Source: Octopus sinensis (Eukaryota). Taken from it: DNA of 64,000 nt. The position numbers and the translations under genes are program-made. A model generated the notes under the pieces. That model saw nothing but the letters and a program-made list of their open reading frames with translations, did not search any database and was not told the origin of the DNA. Numbering within the stretch: position 1 is the stretch's first letter; the number at the start of each line of letters is the position of its first letter. Location of the stretch: assembly GCF_006345805.1 (NCBI RefSeq), contig NC_042999.1, positions 9,362,001 through 9,426,000 on the forward strand, in the 5' to 3' direction. This document shows, piece after piece, positions 1-13,264 of the stretch.

Positions 1-130
1 GGCGTCGAGATCGAATTTGTCTTTCATCCACTCGGGGTTGGTGAAATAAGTACCAGTTGGACACTAGGGTCGATGTAATCGTCTTACCCCAGCCCTCCAG
101 ATTGCTGGACTTCTGTCAAAATTTGAAATC
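1..130 (+). mobile_element. SINE family A, 5'-truncated degenerate copy
   Basis: Degenerate match to family core 'ctttcatcc.ttcggggtcgataaataagtaccag'. Confidence 0.6.
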
Positions 131-231
131 AACATCAGTTAAGATCAGAAGCCATGAGGGTCATGGCCTGGATGGCATCAAGGCATTATTATTATTATCA
201 TTATTATTATTATTGTTATTATTACTGTTAT

Positions 232-452
232 TAAGGTGGCAAGCTTGTAGAATTGTTACCACACCGGGCGAAATACGTCGCGGTATTTCGTCTGCCGCTA
301 CTTTCTGAGTTTAAATTCCACCGAGGTCGACTTTGCTGTTCATCTTTTCGAGGTCGATGAAATAGGTACCAGTTACGCACTGGGGTCGATGTAATCGACT
401 ATCCCTCTTCCCCCAAACTTTTCAAGGCCCTGTGCCTAGGGTAGAAATAATT
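232..452 (+). mobile_element. tRNA-derived SINE family A, tail type B
   Basis: Head aaggtggcaagct (A box), gtttaaattcc (B box), core gctgttcatcttttcgaggtcgatgaaataggtaccag, tail ccccaaac...gccctgtgcctagggtagaaataattatt. The core resembles the Meta/MESC SINE domain as recalled, unverified. Confidence 0.8.
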
Positions 453-586
453 ATTTTTATTTTACATATAACAGATTAGACTTAGAAAAGAAAAAATTCT
501 AGCATCGGGCTAAGTAACCTTAGATGTCAAGAACCCTCCTATGTATCCTAGCTGTTTCTGGAGCTGCTATGATTATTATTATTATG

Positions 587-800
587 AAGGTGGTGAGCTG
601 GCAGAAATTCTTTGCGATATTTTTGTCTGCCACTATGTTCTGAGTTCAAATTCCACCGAGGTCGACTTTGCGATTCATCCTTTCGGAGTCGATAAATTAA
701 GTACCAGTTGCCTACTGTGGTTGATGTAATCAACTATCCCCTCCCCAAAATTTCAGACTTTGAACTTATTGTAGAAAGGATTATTATTATTATCATCAGC
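587..800 (+). mobile_element. SINE family A, tail type B with (ATT)n end
   Basis: aaggtggtgagctggcagaa head, gttcaaattcc B box, family core, ATT-repeat tail. Confidence 0.8.
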
Positions 801-1524
801 ATTATTATTTGTGCTTCACCATTTTCTTGCATGTTTTCAAATCACTCCTTGATTTGGACGATTACCAAGATTTACAGGACAAGAATTTTTCGTTTTACCA
901 ACAGCAAATTTTTTAAAGAATCGGATGCCTATCTCAACACTTGAGTTAGACAAAACGGTCTGATTAAGATAAGTATCTTCCATTTCGTGTTTACATATAT
1001 TTTAATATGGCTCCATGCTTTGCAGTGGTGGGAAACACCTCAAAACAGGCTAGTAATAAAGTTAAGAAAACTCAAGAAAACACAACTCAAAAAAGCAGAC
1101 TTGCGGTTTGTCGGCAGGAAAAAAAAAACATAATTTAAAAAATGATATTCATTTACAAGTCGAAAAATTAACAAAAAAACCAGCAAAAATAACATTTCTC
1201 TTTGGCAAGCATACCAGCTTAGAGAAATATTAGATACCTCTAAGCTGTGGAAAAAAATTAGCGTGGGTATGGTATGTCAATAAATATACTCTTTGTATGC
1301 CTGAAGAATTTATCCAATATGAGCAAGAACAGGATGATTCAACTAGACTTGGTAGAGGGATTTTCAGTTCAGAATTGAAGAAATGAGAACTGAAGAATCA
1401 TTTAAGTAGCGCTTTGAGACATCTTCGTTCTTAACCAAGCAAAGACTATGTTGCCGGTCTTTAAAATGCTGCGTAAGTTTTTTTTTTAAATCATAGATTA
1501 AAAACATTTTAAATAATAATAAGA

Positions 1525-1561
<37 letters not shown>

Positions 1562-1563
<2 letters not shown>

Positions 1564-1945
1564 AGGCGGCGAGCTGGCAGAAACGTTAGTACGCCGGCAG
1601 AAATGCTTAGCGGTGTTTCGTCTGCCGTCACGTTCTGAGTTCAAATTTCACTGAGGTTGACTTTGCCTTTCATCCTTTCGGGGTCGATTAAATAAGTACC
1701 AGTTACGCACTGGGGTCGATATAATCGACTTAATCCGTTTTTCTGTCCTTGTTTGTCCTCTCTGTGTTTAGCCCCTTGTGGGTAGTAAAGAAATAGGTAG
1801 TTCCTTTGCCACTACGTTCTGAGTTCAAATTCCGCTGAAGTCGACATTGCTTTTCATCCTTTTGGGGGGTCGATAAATTAAGTACCAGTTGCGTACTGGG
1901 GTCGATGTAATCGACTGGCCCCCTCCCACTAAATTTCAGTGGACT
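1562..1945 (+). mobile_element. SINE family A dimer (full unit with tail A plus headless unit with tail B)
   Basis: Full head at 1562; after aaataggtag (~1797) the sequence re-enters the SINE body. Confidence 0.85.
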
Positions 1946-2449
1946 CAGTGTTCTTTCTCCTAGGCTGCTTGCTACCCAAGGCTAACGAGTACAGCCTACC
2001 CAGAGCACTGGTTATTTGAAGGCGCCAGATACTCGCCTTTTTCCCCACTTCTGCTAGGAACTTGAGAGTCAATGGCCATTCCGTAAACCGTTAGACAGAC
2101 CTCGTGAGCTTTGTTTGTCAGTCTGTCTAGAAGGAACACTCAGATTTAAAAACTGGGGTATGTAGGACTTCTTAGTTACAGTGGTGACAACCTGTCAGTG
2201 TGCAATGGCTCTATACTTGGGATGAAGGCGAATTAACCACGGATCGGGACTTAACTCCGGAGCAATATTTGGATGAAGACACGGGACCAATTGACGCTCA
2301 CCTATTTCCTAGTGAGAATCAGGATCATGGTCTCCAATACAGAGAAATGCAAAGGGAACAGGCTCAACTTATGGGTAGTAAAAGCTCTGCAGTCTGGGTT
2401 GGCTCCTTCGCCAACCCAACAGGAGCCGGATTATTATTATTATTACTTT

Positions 2450-2860
2450 CATCAAGGTAGCAAGTAGACAGAATCGTTTGCAACTCGGACAAAATGCCTA
2501 GCGCCATTACTTCCGGCTTTACCTTTTAAGTTCAAAAACTGCCAGTGTCAACTCTGCGTTTGATCCTTTCAGGGTCGGCAAAACAAGTATCATTTGAGTG
2601 CTGGAGACGAAGTAATCGACGCCTTTCCTCCCCTAAAATTTCTGGCCTTCTGTCAATATGAGAAAGAAATATTGTTTGTTACTGGAGAAAATGCTTAGGG
2701 GCATTTCGTCCGTCCTGCGTTCAGATCACACCGAAGTCACCTTTGCTTTTCGTCTTTTCGGAATCAATAAACTAAATACCTGTCAGTCAGTTGGGTCGAT
2801 GAAATCGACCAGGCCCTTCTTCCAAAATTCCAGGCCTCGTACCTGTATTAGAAAGAATTA
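2450..2860 (+). mobile_element. two degenerate SINE family A copies
   Basis: Diverged B-box and core matches at ~2520-2600 and ~2700-2800. Confidence 0.55.
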
Positions 2861-2957
2861 TCGTAGTTATATAGCTGCATTTTCAATGTTCTATTTATAT
2901 ACGAAACGCGTTTTATTATCCTATAAAAAGGTGAAATATAATTCAAAAGTTGTTTTG

Positions 2958-3720
2958 TACAGGCTGATGCGCGGAAAAGTAATCTGGGTCCCGTAGCATA
3001 GTTTCAATACAACAATAAGTTTACAAGATTTTGAAAATAGTTCCCTGTGGTATCAATACACAGTTGTGTACGTATAAGTTTGTCCAGGTGCATCCGGCGT
3101 AAAATAGTGACATCGATGATGGTGACTGTATGCGTGATATTGTCCTTCAGTTCCTGTATTATGTGCAAAATTTACTCTTTTGCTCTTTTCATCCACTTTT
3201 AATTGCTGTGAAATTATAACACTTCATCTTTTCAACACCCGTTGGCATGACCTGCATATGTGAGATTGCAGCGCCAATTTACGTGTGGACTTCTTTGGTC
3301 TTCAAGTAATCCTTTGGTGAATGTCTTGAATAACTTCCGGCGTTCGAACTGTAGGGTCTCTTTGTTTAGGGCATTGTGCACTTATTCCGTAGTGCATCAC
3401 TTCTTGATATTTGAACCGTTCTCTTTGTCTGAAGCTTTTACCTGGAAACTTGACTTCAAAAATTTCACGTGTCCTCTTCATAGAACCCGTTCTCTCAAAC
3501 TCTTCCAGTTTCCAATCTTTTTGCTATTGAGGAGTACGTCAACGTGCGGAAGAGGTTAGAGATGTTCACTCGATCAATCTTACAATCAACGAACGTGGTA
3601 AGGTTGACGTAGCAAACATCGACAGGTGCGCCATCTTTGCTGAGCGTTTACAAGCGGTCGAAACGGGACAATGACACTCGCATGCAAAAGACTGGGGGCG
3701 TTTTTGTGCCTGTAAAATTC
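2958..3720 (-). pseudogene. Tc1/mariner-superfamily transposase relic, N-terminal half, internally deleted
   Basis: Minus-strand translation with stops: EEFERTGSMKRTREIFEVKFP...TVRTPEVIQDIHQRIT*RPKKSTRKLA...SQQLKVDEKSKRVNFA, typical of the HTH region. TIR-like TA-CAGGCTGATGCGCGGAAAAGT at 2958; opposite TIR not clearly found. Confidence 0.6.
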
Positions 3721-4378
3721 ATTTCTGTATTTACATCATGCACACTGGAACCGGGGCTACTTCTATAAGGTGCATTCTGTTAGCTAATGTGTATAAAACT
3801 GATTTAGATTTGCCCCAGACACAAGAAACTCCACAGACAACGAAGAAATACGATTATTCGAGGTTTCTTGTTTACCAGGTCCCACAAATACTCTCCCCAA
3901 AATCTGATATTTCTAAAATTGTCTTTAATGTATCTCAAGGACTCAACCAAGGTTATATTGGGCTTATCTCAGTACTATGGAGATTATCATACACTAGGAT
4001 TATTGTACACCAGAGTGACTTTGTCGAATTTGCAAGATTATGAGGCTGATAAAATGAGTGTGGCATCCACATCCTCAGGAATGTGAACGGTAGTTTTTCT
4101 ATAAATTCAGAAGCAAAAGAGAAAACGTGTTTGATTTGGTCTTTGTTTTGTTCTTTTCCGTTCAACGAAATTTTTCTTAGTTCGCAATTTACTGGAAGTT
4201 TTATAGAGTAAACGAAAAGACGGCAATAGTAACACGAAGAACGCTATGCAATTGATCTGCGTGGCTCAGTGGGAAGGGCATAAAATAATGTCGGCCTATA
4301 ATGTTAACAGTGGGTTACTTGTTCGTCTCATTCTGTGGAGTCTTTTGTTTCATTATCGTTTAGATATAAATATATATA

Positions 4379-4609
4379 TTTCTTTACTACCCACAAGGAG
4401 CTAAACACAGACGGGACAAACAAGGACAGACAAACGGATTAAGTCGATCATATCGATCCCAGTGCGTAACTGGTACTTAATGTATCGACCCCGAAAGGAT
4501 GGAAGGCAAAGTTGACCTCGGCGGAATTTGAACTCAGAACGTAACGGCAGACGAAATACGGCTACGCATTTCGCTCGGCGTGCTAACGTTTCTGCCAGCT
4601 CGCCGCCTT
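4379..4609 (-). mobile_element. SINE family A, full length, tail A
   Basis: Near-consensus reverse-complement copy. Confidence 0.9.
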
Positions 4610-6554
4610 GTTTAGATATAAATATATAATAGATTTTCAAGGTAATGCCCATAAAATGGAACCCTGTTATTACTGGTTTTATTTTCGGCAAGGACAAAGC
4701 CCTTGGATTGTAAACGAATGGAAATTATATTCCGTGACATTTACACATTTATAACAGAAGCAAACTGAAATACTTTCATTGTTTCAATTTCAAATCCACA
4801 CTGCGGGCGTAGGTTCCTAAGAATTTATCTCTTGTTATCCATTTTTCACGATATTGCTTTTGCGTTTTCACGCAGGGACTTTGTTAATGAGACTGGTATA
4901 GGGTTTTGTAGCGGTTCTCATATTAGGGGTACTCGTATTGTTCGACGAAGGACGAATTAACAATTCGATCCGGGTAGGATTTGACTACAGAACAATGTAA
5001 CATCGAACTTGATTACTGCTGACTTGGTGGAGCTAAGTTACTCAGATCAATCAATTAATGATATAATCGCTTATATTGTATCAAGGTTGGACATTGGCAG
5101 GGGATGGCTTTTCTTGGTTTTATTGACCTTGGAAAGATAAAAGAAAGGGCCAACCGCGACAGATTTTGAACAGGGACCAAAGGAAACACTAGTAGACACT
5201 TTAGTTCGTCTCGTCACTGTACTTAAAGCTATCACTAATAATGTCATTGTTTGTAAATAGCTTTGCTTGGTTAAACACGAAAACTGCCTCGTCTCTCCCA
5301 CATTCATCATTCTGTCTGCTCTGTCTCTCCTCCATCTTTTTTGCCAAACAAATGCAGCTGCCTTGAATATAAACGCAAGTATATAAAACTTAATGAACTG
5401 AACTGACAACAGAAGAAGAAACATCATCAATATTGTTCCAATGAAAAGCAACACCAGTAACGCTGTCTACATCAATACGTCATTAAGAACAAAACCTGTT
5501 TTTTTTTTGTATGTCATAAATTATTGATAAGCAAATCTGATGAAAATTCCTGAAAAACTGGTTGATTCAGTAATATCTAATGAAAGACAAAAAAATAAAG
5601 AGTAAATTAATAAATCTGGATGCTTTTGTGAAATGTCTCTTGTGTTACTGACCCTGATCTCTTTCGGAGCAGAAAACAATGTCATATTGGATCCGCTATT
5701 GTTAAACTTATTGAGAGAATGTTAAAAGATGTTTAACTGAGTGTATTGCTTCAAAATGAGCTGAAACTGAAATTTGAATGATCGTAGGTATGCAAAGGTG
5801 AACGCTATAGGGAAGAAAGAAAACACCTTTTCGGTGAGCTGTGTCCATTTCCAAATTTCTATCCTTCATTGTAACCGTTTCACAAACAACGTTCTTTATA
5901 AAATTGACGAACGACATATCACCAATAAGCTTTGACGGAAGGTAATGCTAATATCTTCCATCGCATCGATTACGGAAAATGAACCGATTGACTTTATTTG
6001 TGATAACTGCAAGAGATAAATAAAATATTGATCTTGCTTTTTTCATTATTAGAGAAAGAGAAAAATTGCTGATCGGGCATATCTCAAGGACGTTAGCCAA
6101 GTATGTGACGTAAATTATTTTGTGAGTCGAAACAGGTTTGCGGATTCTTTCCACAAACAAAGGCAACATTTTACCCGGAGTTGTCTGTCCATAAATTTTG
6201 TTTTCTTCCGATTTAGATCCATTTATAATAGACGTGAATAAAAATAGAGTAAAACTAATACTTTTGAAAATATTTCTTATCTTTCCTAGAAGATCCACAG
6301 ACTGTCTTAATTCGAAGATTTTGTTCGTTTGTTCTACATACCGTTGATTTGGTTGCCATCAAATTTCTTTTGAAAATCAACCAAGTTTCCTGCGAATGCT
6401 GCGACCGTAGTGGTTATTTGTTGCTGTTGTTGAGTGGCCTGCAATTAGTTCTGATCGAAGTGGGGTATGAAACGTATCAAGGGTTTCGTGTTGGACGATT
6501 TGGAAAGGTTCAATGCATGTTCAACACGAATGGCAATATTGTGTGTACGGGTTC

Positions 6555-6945
6555 AGGCGGTGAGCTGGCAGAAACGTTAGTACGCCGGGCGAAATGCGTA
6601 GCCGTATTTCGTCTGCCGCTACGTTCTGAATTCAAATTCCGACGAGGTCGACTTTGCCTTTCATCCTTTCGAGGTCGATTAAATAAGTACCAGTTACGCA
6701 CTGGGGTCGATGTAATCGACTTAATCCGTTGGCCTGTCCTTGTTTGTCCTCTCTGTGTGTAGCCCCTTGTGGGAAGTAAAGAAATAGGTATTTCGTCTGC
6801 CGTTACGTTCTAAGTTCAAATTCCGCCGAGGTCATCTTTGCCTTTCATCATTTTGGGCGTCGATGAAATAAGTACCAGCCGAGTATTGGGGTCGATATAA
6901 TCCCTCCCCAAACTTTCCGGCCTTGTGCCATGATTTGAAACCAAT
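6555..6945 (+). mobile_element. SINE family A dimer (A unit plus headless B unit)
   Basis: Junction gaaataggtatttcgtctgccg at 6781-6802. Confidence 0.9.
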
Positions 6946-6949
6946 ATTC

Positions 6950-6998
6950 TGTGTGTGTATGTGTGTGTGTATGTGTGTGTATGTGTGTGTGTGTGTGT

Positions 6999-7039
<41 letters not shown>

Positions 7040-7075
7040 TGTATGTGTGTGTGTGTGTGTGTGTATGTGTGTGTA
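6950..7075. repeat. (TG)n / (TGTGTGTGTA)n microsatellite
   Basis: Direct reading. Confidence 0.95.
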
Positions 7076-7496
7076 ATTAAAAGATAATTAAAAATCTTAT
7101 GATAGAAATGCAGGAGAATTATCGAGAGTTAGTGTGCGTGTGTAAACTGGAAGGTATCGTCCGGAAATCCGTATTCCTCTGTGTGAGTGTGCACAAAAAC
7201 CAATGATAGGAAATTAACGAATAAAAGTAAAATCGGAGAACTTAAAGTCCGAAAAGAGGAAGTCCTGGGTTGATGTTTATTCTTCATCCAATTATATCAT
7301 GGCATTTTGTTTGAGCGTTTGTTTATTATATTCTTTCATTCTAGAATTCTAATGGATAGTTATTTCCGTTGCTGCAGCCGGAATGAAATCTATATTTGCT
7401 TTTATGTCTTCTGAACTATGGAGATATCTGTGTTTCCTTGTGCACTTTTCATTGAGCGTGCTAAACTGATAAATGCTGTATGAAAATACGTACATC

Positions 7497-7552
<56 letters not shown>

Positions 7553-7555
<3 letters not shown>

Positions 7556-7712
7556 ATAGGGAGAGTTTACGAAAAAGACAAACGACGAAGACAGGTGGTG
7601 TACAAAACAGATGTATTAGTATAACGCTCAGGAATTGAAAAAGTCTTTTACGTTTCGAGCCGACGCTCTTCTTCAGAAAGGAACACAGAAAAAAACAAGG
7701 AGAGAAAAAAAA
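7553..7712 (-). mobile_element. short microsatellite-flanked element carrying a hammerhead motif (probably Penelope-like pLTR derived)
   Basis: Flanked by (TG)n and (TA)n; homologous to 47105-47300 and 55111-55230. Confidence 0.7.
7645..7680 (-). ncRNA. minimal type I hammerhead ribozyme
   Basis: Minus strand: CTTT-CTGAAGA-A-GAGC[GTCG]GCTC-GAA-ACGT-A-AAAG; intact core, stems I and II paired, palindromic stem III. Confidence 0.75.
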
Positions 7713-7949
7713 AAAATATATATATATATATATATGTATGTGTATGTGTATACATATAAATGATGGCCAATTAAGCTGACGTTGGACTACAATCTGACGA
7801 TGGTTTAAGTGACATACACTTGGAAGTCATTGTCAGCAATATTCTTGGTTGAGTCTAATCATCGTGTACTCTACAAAAATATGGCGAAATCGCTCAGATT
7901 AATGTAAAATTATTTTTAGTAGAACTAAGCATAAGAATAAAGATTAACA

Positions 7950-7990
<41 letters not shown>

Positions 7991-8078
7991 AATGGAAAAC
8001 ACATATCAGAAGCACACTCTAAAAAATAGAGCAGTGCGAAATCTTGGGTACCTCTATATAAAATGTTGTTGTAGCATA

Positions 8079-9334
8079 TAAAGGGTGCGTAAGGTATTTG
8101 ACGACATACCCTTTTGGGGGTCATTGCTGCATTTTTTGCTAAATCTGTATAAACTGTCTTTCAGAAAATAATAATGGCAGACCTCAACTTAATCAAGAAA
8201 CGAAGGGACATGCTATTATTGTGGTTGTAAAGGCTGAGCTTAGCGATTTAGAAATATCTCGATTTTTAAAAGTTGCCAGATCTTTCGTCTACAAAGTTTG
8301 TAAGGAGTTAGAGACTGAAGATGGAAATGCATCACCAGTATCAAAGCATAAAAAGCATTCTAAACGCTCTGAACAGCTGAAAACGCTCAGAACACCTGAA
8401 TTTATCCAGCAAGTTCAATAGACCATTCATTACAATCCCAGAAATCCACGAGGTCAATTGCAAAAGATCTCCATGTGTCAGAAGGAACAGTCAGAAATGT
8501 TGTCCACAAAGACATCAGATATAAGTCTTATCTGATGAGGAAAGGTCAATTTGTCAGAAAAACCAAATGAAAAGTGGAAATGCGAGTTGGCGTTTCTGGT
8601 TGACATAGCTGATTTAAAAGTCTCTTAAACAAACTGAAACATCCAACAGAAGATTTGATTTGGTTTTTCTCAAACGAGAAAAACTTCGACCAAGATCAAA
8701 AATTTAACAGAAGAAATTACAGATGGTTATGTGCAGACCCTTCTGAAGTTCCAACTGTTATGCATACAAAATTTCCTGCAACTGTAATGGTTTTAGGTGT
8801 TATCAGCCATAAAGCGCATGTGATGCTTCCATACTTCTTTCCACGAGGCCTTAGAGTTAACTTAGCCACCTACACTGAGGTGCATGCAATGGAAGGCCAT
8901 ATGTGTTTCAGTAAGACTTTGCACTATCACACATGGCTCCAGTAACACAGGAATAGATGGCTGAAAATTTTCATGATCACATAACCCCTAACATTTGGCC
9001 TCCTAATTCCCCAGACTTCAATCCATTGGACTATTACATGTGGAGCGTTGTTGAGAGAGAAGTCAATGAACACGCCCACAACACCAAAGATTCTTTGTGA
9101 GCTGCTATAGTCAGAGTAATGTCCAAAATGAACCAGGGACCATTTGATTAGAGCATGTAGATGATTTAGATCTCTTATAGAAGCAGTTGTTGAAGCTGAA
9201 GGTGGCTTTATTGAATAACATTATAGAAAAGAAGGTTTATTTTTATCCTCATAGCATTTTTTGATGAAGTTACTGTTATCATATATATTTTTTATAAACA
9301 TAAATCTGCCCTCAAATGCCTTACACACCCTGTA
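8079..9334 (+). mobile_element. full-length Tc1/mariner DNA transposon, maT (D,D37D) type
   Basis: TIRs TAAAGGGTGCGTAAGGTATTTGA versus reverse complement TACAGGGTGTGTAAGGCATTTGA, TA TSDs at 8077-8078 and 9335-9336, internal transposase remnant. Confidence 0.9.
8174..9218 (+). pseudogene. disrupted D,D37D transposase
   Basis: FFSNEKNF (first D mutated), VMVLGVIS, PYVFQ*D...WPPNSPDFNPLDYYMW. I count 37 residues between the second D and the final D; stops and frameshifts present. Confidence 0.88.
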
Positions 9335-9889
9335 TATACGCATATATACGCATGACCATGTGTTTATTCTATTCCTTTTAGTTTACTCTCTGAAGCCATA
9401 ATGGTACAGTATCGTTTTGTTTCATAATAATTTTGTCTCTTGTCCACCATTTCGACAGCCGATTGCTCAGTTGTACTAAGAGTGAAAAGCTAGTTAACTA
9501 AACATGGCTTGTTCATATTCACTGAATTGTCTTACTGTGTTTACTTTCGGTCAGCTGGAAGGCTTCGATGTAGTTGCCTTCATACGCCGAATACAACAGC
9601 TAATCTTCCTCAAATTCCAATCCATTATAGGAACAAACAGCGCCATATGGAACATCACAATATGGGACATCAGCCGTCCCTCTAATGTAGACAAAATATC
9701 CTCTTTCCATCTCAAAATGTTGATTGAATATATTGTTGGATCATGTTTCTCTATGGCAAAGTTATTAATATTTACCACATTAATGTGTATTTCCATTAAT
9801 TTAAGATTTGTTGTTCTGGAATCTAATCATGATCCTAATATCCGACTTTGAAATTATAATCATTGTTTCCTTTCATTCTCGTATGTGAA

Positions 9890-10105
9890 TCTGGCGAGCC
9901 GGCAGAATCACTTTCACGCTGGGCAACATGTTTAGCGCCATTTCGTCTGTCTTTATGTTCTGAGATTAAATTTCGCTGTGGTCGACTTTGCTTTTAATAC
10001 TAGGCGGAGGTTGATAAAATAAGTACCAGCTGCGTAGTGGGGTCGATTTAATCAATTTACTCCCTACCCTCGAAGTTGCTGGGAACGTGCCAAATTTGAA
10101 ACCAA
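9890..10105 (+). mobile_element. degenerate SINE family A, tail B
   Basis: ggcgagccggcagaa head, core match, tail ...aaatttgaaaccaa. Confidence 0.7.
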
Positions 10106-10809
10106 CATGATGCATATTCAGTCTTGTTTCTCATTTCGAGACAATAGTCAACAGATTTAGATTCAGTACACTTTTTAATTTTACTGACCTTTTCAATTAA
10201 ATATCAAATAAATTTGAATAAAATATTCATATCATTTATACAGCTGCAAATTCACATTCTCATTTAAGAATCTGATTAAAAAGTGCATCATTAATAGATT
10301 TGATTCCTTAAAGTACATTCTGATTAAAGTACAAATATTTTGCTATTTCAATATACAATAAAATATTCAATAAAATCATCGTTTGAAAGATAAAACTCTG
10401 CCACAGTTTACATTTTCTAATGTCTGTCTGTGTGGCTGAGAATGTGTTTGTGCGGTTGAGGATGTCTGTATGGGAGTGAATGCTTTTATGGTTCTTAGCT
10501 GTTTGAGCAATCTTCGTGATCTTGACAGCAGCAAATTCCAGAAGTCCGTGTCTAACGTTGCGTTCTGATATCAACTTATTTTATTATATTCAAAATACTG
10601 ATTAGGCGACGTTTTCGATCCACTGAATTAGTATATTAGTCGTGTAATTCGATATTCACTTTTGTTTTTATATCGACTTAATCTTTCCGTAAACAAACGG
10701 GAAAAGAATAATCTTTACCTTTCACACACTCTAACTGCTGCGCAAAAAATAATACAAATCCATCAAAATTTGACAAGCCTTCTTTACATATATTCATGCA
10801 TACATACAT

Positions 10810-10812
10810 TAT

Positions 10813-10866
<54 letters not shown>

Positions 10867-10870
10867 ATAT
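10810..10870. repeat. (TA)n microsatellite
   Basis: Direct reading. Confidence 0.95.
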
Positions 10871-11539
10871 AGGATGATCTCATAAAAATGAATTTAGACT
10901 GTAAATATTGAGTTGTAGAAGCCGAAGATAACAGACAGGGGTTGGGAAGTAAATACAACGGAGGTGATTTCATCATAAATATTAATTTTCCATGAATTGA
11001 GAAATGCCTGATCCACATTCCTCGTGGAAGCTTTCCAAAAGCACATACAACTTTTTTATGGTCGTTTAATATGATTCATTTTAAAATCAATTTGTGCTTC
11101 AACCCACTGGTTTCTCTCTTACTTGCGTGTGAGAATAGGGACGGCGAAGTAATGTTGTAACATTATATATGGAGACGAGACGTTGCTGTGTACTGTGAAA
11201 CCCGTTCAGTGGAAGACCATCGGAGTTCAGAATGAGACAGTTGGTTGCAGTTTGAATTGTGAAGAACGTTCAGCCTGTTTGGGCAAAAGTCCTTTTTGGC
11301 ACTGAGGGCAAGTAGACACAAGCACGGAGAAATATAGAGAGGGAGAGAGACATTACAATTTTTCAAGTGTATAGGATGAACGCTAGTACTTTTCCTCTCC
11401 CCAAATGCATAAAGAGAAATATGCTTACACACGAACACAAAGAGGGTGATGAAGAGAGGAAACGGGGGGGGGCAGAGACGATGGAAATGTTATAACATGA
11501 TTTGTCGAATCAGCGAAAACAAACAGGCGGCGCCAGAAA

Positions 11540-11760
11540 GGCTGTGCCAAAGCATCTCATATCCAGCAGAGTTATTGGAAATTTCGGTAGTTTCGCTTGA
11601 AACCTTGCTCCACCTTTGTCTCATCATCCGGGTCGCTAGCTTTATATCTGATCGCACCATGGCGGCCAATGTCAATGGACCTCTTTCCAGTGAACTGTCA
11701 ATCATGTCTGGTGTCCCCCAGATCTCGCTTTGTCCATTTTTCTCGTGCGTAACATTGACA
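11540..11760 (+). pseudogene. CR1/L2-type LINE reverse transcriptase fragment
   Basis: IRVASFISDRTMAANVNGPLSSELSIMSGVPQ resembles the RT motif W..SFLS.R...V.VNG..S....V.SGVPQGS. Confidence 0.6.
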
Positions 11761-12323
11761 ACGGTGCATTGCCTGTCGTTCACAAAGCGTAACGATGCGG
11801 AAACACGTGTCCTAAGGTCTGATGACGTCACTCATTAGCACAAAAGTGCATTTTCTCTCACAGAGTTTATAAGGAGTATTTCTCTCCTCAGATATTTTCC
11901 ACAGCAAAGGTCTTTATGTATATGAGTTCATTCTCATTATAACAGCTTAGTGTTTTTGTAATTAACTGTAAATTTGTTTTATAAACATCGGCGAATTGAG
12001 AAAAGAATAAAGTTGTTAGTGCGTCGAACAGAATAGCTTGCCTTTTCTGTGAGGACATCGGAGCGAAATGCAACGGTTGACCTCTATAGGTCGGACTGCC
12101 ACTCTGCTCTCTGAAGTTCAAAGGACGAAGCCCATTACTCTCACTATATCTTCCTCTCTTTCACTCGCTTGCTCCCTCCCTCACTCACTCATTCATTTAA
12201 TCTTCCTCTCGAAATAAGCAACATGGATGGGTCAGCAAAGAACCTCTCCTTATCATAAATCCAATAATTTGTATACACACAGCAACAAAGGTAAACAGAT
12301 TAATGCGAAATTAATACACACAA

Positions 12324-12367
<44 letters not shown>

Positions 12368-12424
12368 ATTCCTCTATTTACATAATATCGAAGTATCTTT
12401 CTTTTGTTATCTTACCGTTTTTCT

Positions 12425-12460
<36 letters not shown>

Positions 12461-12595
12461 TTGTATAGCTTCTGAGATGGAAGCAAGTGTTTTCTTTTTT
12501 ACTCGGAGCGAGCGTTGGTGGTCTCCTTTATTAATCTATTGCACACAATCTCTCCATTTGTTTCTGTGTTTACATTGGGAGTGGATCTCTGTATA

Positions 12596-12632
<37 letters not shown>

Positions 12633-13021
12633 TGGTGGGGGGCTATGTTTCTCAAAATACTCGTAAAATGAAACAAATACAAGAATTATCAATATCTTAA
12701 ACTGATAATGTGTATGTATGTATGTATGTATGTATATACACAAACACATACGCTCACATAAACACACACATAATGCGTTTATATATGTAACCACACGAAC
12801 CGCATTGTTACACTTGAGTCAAAAGCGTCCGACCTCCTGTAAGATAATGGATATATTTTGTCTAACAGCTTACGCTTTAATAATAGAAGCTATCGAAATA
12901 AACGGGGTGTGCTGGAGTTCATGCATTGCAGAATTTATTTATATTCTTTCATATCATGAGTTCAAATTCTACAAGAGATGAATTTTCCATTTATCTCCCT
13001 ATTATCAATGGAATGCATCCA

Positions 13022-13264
13022 TAGAGTCGTGGCCAAAATTTTGGAACTTTTTAAAAGAATCGAAATTGCCCAAGTACAATTCGACCCAAATATATACAAA
13101 AGTATATATTTAGGGCATTTAATAGAACAATTCTAATTTCCAAACTTATGTTCCAAACTTTTGGTTAAGTAATTATATATTACAAATCAAACATAACTTT
13201 GGACATTTAATCTGGAAACTCTAATCTTCAGATCAATGTTCCAAACTTTTGATCACTTCCAGTA
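13022..13264. mobile_element. Tc1-like MITE or internal-deletion derivative
   Basis: Imperfect TIRs gagtcgtggccaaaattttggaac versus reverse complement ctggaagtgatcaaaagtttggaac, bounded by TA. Confidence 0.5.

Noticed and set aside
5535-5562. CTGATGA...GAAA motifs here and at 8533 and 11820
   Set aside because: No stem II or stem III pairing; 8533 is transposase coding sequence
5071-6298. Three successive minus-strand ORFs with a hydrophobic stretch, possible receptor pseudogene
   Set aside because: No recognisable motif; hydrophobicity follows from A-rich plus-strand composition; a tBLASTn would be needed
6349-6762. Recurrent ORFs such as GGELAETL...RSEFKFRRGRLCL and MRNWYLFNRPRKDER
   Set aside because: Open frames within SINE family A on both strands
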